A stretch of DNA of 64,000 bases from Mustelus asterias (taxonomy: Eukaryota): contig NW_027590197.1 in assembly GCF_964213995.1 (NCBI RefSeq), positions 186,001 to 250,000 on the forward strand. Direction: 5' to 3'. Both the position numbers and the translations under genes were made by a program. Under the pieces are notes generated by a model. That model worked only from the letters and a program-made list of their open reading frames with translations. It searched no databases and was not told the DNA's origin. Numbering within the stretch: the stretch's first letter is position 1; each line of letters starts with the position of its first letter. Positions 61,177 through 64,000 of the stretch are shown piece by piece.

Positions 61177-62259
61177 AGAACATAGAACAGTACAGCACAG
61201 AACAGGCCCTTCGGCCCACGATGTTGTGCCGAGCTTTATCTGAAACCAAGATCAAGCTATCCCACTCCCTATCATCCTGGTGTGCTCCATGTGCCTATCC
61301 AATAACCGCTTAAATGTTCCTAAAGTGTCTGACTCCACTATCACTGCAAGCAGTCCATTCCACACCCCTACCACTCTCTGCGTAAAGAACCTACCTCTGA
61401 TATCCTTCCTATATCTCCCACCATGAACCCTATAGTTATGCCCCCTTGTAATAACTCCATCCACCCGAGGAAATAGTCTTTGAACGTTCACTCTATCTAT
61501 CCCCTTCATCATTTTATAAACCTCTATTAAGTCTCCCCTCAGCTTCCTCCGCTCCAGAGAGGACAGCCCTAGCTCCCTCAACCTTTGCTCATAAGATCTA
61601 CCCTCCAAACCAGGCAGCATCCTGGTAAATCTCCTCTGCATTCTTTCCAGTGCTTCCACATCCTTCTTATAGTGAGGTGACCAGAACTGCACACAATATT
61701 CCAAATGTGGTCTCACCAAGGTCCTGTACAGTTGCAGCATAACCCCACGGCTCTTAAACTCCAACCCCCTGTTAATAAAAGCTAACACACTATAGGCCTT
61801 CTTCACAGCTCGATCCACTTGAGTGGCAACCTTTAGAGATCTGTGGATATGGACCCCAAGATCTCTCTATTCCTCCACAGTCTTCAGAACCCTACCTTTG
61901 ACCCTGTAATCCACATTTAAATTAGTCCTACCAAAATGAATCACCTCACATTTATCAGGGTTAAACTCCATTTGCCATTTTTCAGCCCAGCTTTGCATCC
62001 TATCTATGTCTCTTTGCAGCCTACAACAGCCCCCCACCTCATCCATTACTCCACCAATCTTGGTGTCATCAGCAAATTTACTGATCCACCCTTCAGCCCC
62101 CTCCTCTAAGTCATTAATAAAAATCACAAAGAGCAGAGGACCAAGCACTGATCCCTGTGGCACTCCGCTAGCAACCTGCCTCCAGTCCGAAAATCTTCCA
62201 TCCACCACCACCCTCTGTCTTCGATCAGATATGATGTGGGCTATCCAATTGGCCAACTA
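61177..62259 (-). mobile_element. 5'-truncated CR1/HER1 LINE (same young subfamily as 33461-34879) in the unit-11 intron
   Basis: ORFs 61252-61818 and 61867-62256 almost identical in protein to 33532-34803; splits the conserved acceptor block. Confidence 0.9.
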
Positions 62260-62429
62260 TTAAGATGCAGAACAGACAATTCTAGCTTCTCTGGAACATG
62301 TTTCTGTCTGTTGTTCCCCCATAATCAGTAAATGCCCATCCCACACTCCCTGGGCTGAAATCGAAATAAAGTTATGGATAATTATTTCTGTAAGCTTTTG
62401 ACAAATTTGGTATCGACTGATGTCCACAG

Positions 62430-62592
62430 AGATGTGCAGGTTAGGTGGATTGGCCATGCTAAATTGCCCTTTGGTGTTGGGGGAGGGGGTGGGGGCTAGC
62501 AAGGTGAATGCATGGGGTTGTGGGGATGGGGCCTGGGTGCAGACTCGATGGGCCAAATGGCCTCCTTCTGCACTGTAGGGATTTTATGATTC
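62430..62592 (+). mobile_element. HE1-like SINE 3' half
   Basis: gatgtgcaggttaggtggattggccatgctaaattgccc...ggcctccttctgcactgtaggg. Confidence 0.75.
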
Positions 62593-62821
62593 CAGAGTAA
62601 CAGACCTTGTGTCCAGAACTGACTGCCTGGAGATTTTCTTAGAGGAGTCAAACCGCCTGGTTATTGATCCCTCTCACAAGAGGAAAGGTTTCCTGCAAAA
62701 CATGTCCCTCAGAATTGGTAAACTTCAGTCAGGTTCTCCCGCCCCCCCAATGCTGAGAATCCAGATTGCACTAAACACGCGCACGCCCCCCGACATTGAC
62801 CTCTCCCGGGTACCTCACAAT

Positions 62822-62985
62822 AAGAAGTTTAACAACACCAGGTTAAAGTCCAACAGGTTTATTTGGTAGCAAAAGCCACACCTGGAGATTTTGCTACCAA
62901 ATAAACCTGTTGGACTTTAACCTGGTGTTGTTAAACTTCTTACCGTGTTTACCCCAGTCCAACGCCGGCATCTCCACATCATGAC
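62822..62985. mobile_element. Miniature palindromic Penelope-derived insertion with 11-bp TSD
   Basis: 54-bp arms (62821-62874 and 62889-62942), same 3' extension as 23412-23443, TSD TACCTCACAAT at 62811-62821 and 62986-62996. Confidence 0.85.
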
Positions 62986-62989
62986 TACC

Positions 62990-63420
62990 TCACAATGCCC
63001 GGGGAGTGATTGACAGCAGCTTGGGACCGATAGGGAGAGAGGGCGGGGTTGGAGGACCGATCGGAGCGGCTGGTCCTCCAACCAATCAGAGTGAATGAGG
63101 GGGCGGGGCTTGGCTGTGAGTGAAGCATGCGCAGTCTAGTTAATGGCGACGAAGACAAGCTTTTGTTCTTTGGATCTGCCATCCGTAACCGAGAGAATGG
63201 CGAGACGAAGGGAACCACGGATCAGGTGAGTGACTGGATACGTAACGTAAACACGTTACACAAACCGCAAATGCGGAAAAAATATCCCACCGTTTCCCGT
63301 GAACCGTTGCCTCCTCCCTGCAGCAGGGGCCGCAGCTTTCTCACAGAGCTGGGTTTCGCGGCCGCTATCTTTATCCAGGCATTAGCAGCAGAGCGCATGC
63401 GCGGCTCCATCTTTGTTCGG
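62990..63420. promoter_or_regulatory. Putative bidirectional promoter core and first-exon cassette upstream of unit 11
   Basis: Homologous to 19830-19980 (GC boxes, CCAAT, GCATGCGCA, TAATGGCGAC); GCGCATGCGC at ~63393. Confidence 0.6.
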
Positions 63421-63649
63421 GGCAGTAGCAGCAGAATGTGTGTATCGCCGCCACCTTTGTTGGGGGCAACAATTTTGATTATCTCCAAGTGAGAATCTCC
63501 ATCAACCTGTTTCACTCTGTCACTCCCAGTTTCTTACTGATGAGGCAGAACAATGATATATATCCAGGGCAGTCACCATTATTTGTATTTATATTGTGCA
63601 TGAATAGAATTAAACTTTTAAACACATTTCAGAGAAATGTTATGAAATA

Positions 63650-63960
63650 ACAATTGACATTGAGCCACATGACGAGATATTAGGTTTTAAGGAGAATCTT
63701 AACTGAGAAAAATAGGGTGGCGAATCAGAGAGGTTTAAGGAGGAAATTCCAGAGCTTCTGAAATAGGCAAAATCAGTAATGATGGAACGATTAAAATCGG
63801 GACTGCTCAAGTGGTCAAAATTAGATGAGTGCTGAGATCTCAGAGGATATGTGCCTGGAGGAGATTACAGAGATTGGGATGATTGCTACCATGGAGGAAA
63901 ACAAGGATAAGAAATTTACAATCTTGGTGCATCTTAAAATTAAGCATTGTAGATCAGTGA
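63650..63960 (-). mobile_element. Degenerate L2-like LINE 3' fragment (similar piece at ~32490-32910)
   Basis: ggaggagattacagagattggga...ccatggagga..aaacaaggataagaaattt shared with ~32510-32580; family assignment is by recall. Confidence 0.4.
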
Positions 63961-64000
63961 GCATTTGTTTGTAGATCAGCATTCGTCAATATATGTGCCA

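Overview
Eukaryotic, repeat-rich DNA, most likely from a cartilaginous fish (shark); this rests on HE1-type tRNA-derived SINEs that share their 3' tail with abundant HER1/CR1 LINEs. The window is a dense cluster of 11 tandem C2H2 (Kruppel-type) zinc-finger arrays, 7 on + and 4 on -, ranging from open to clearly pseudogenised. No KRAB, SCAN or BTB exon is recognisable. Between them lie CR1, Rex1-like and L2-like LINE fragments, SINEs, a Gypsy integrase relic and Penelope-like elements (PLEs). The ZNF genes appear to be copies of one modular cassette: a CpG-rich NRF1/YY1/CCAAT/GC-box promoter (often head-to-head), leader exons, a conserved splice-acceptor block, a decayed N-terminal linker plus decayed fingers with stops shared between paralogs, a Kozak ATG sitting in a former TGEKP linker, the open finger array, and a shared 3' UTR. 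The most striking single structure is a ~2.75 kb near-perfect palindrome (two 1372-bp arms, 2-nt spacer) made of a Penelope RT C-terminus/GIY-YIG element. It has a 32-nt 3' extension, a 13-bp TSD and hammerhead-like motifs, and a 164-bp miniature of the same architecture is inserted at a ZNF promoter. All calls are from reading by eye; no database searches or alignments were run, and repeat boundaries are approximate unless stated.
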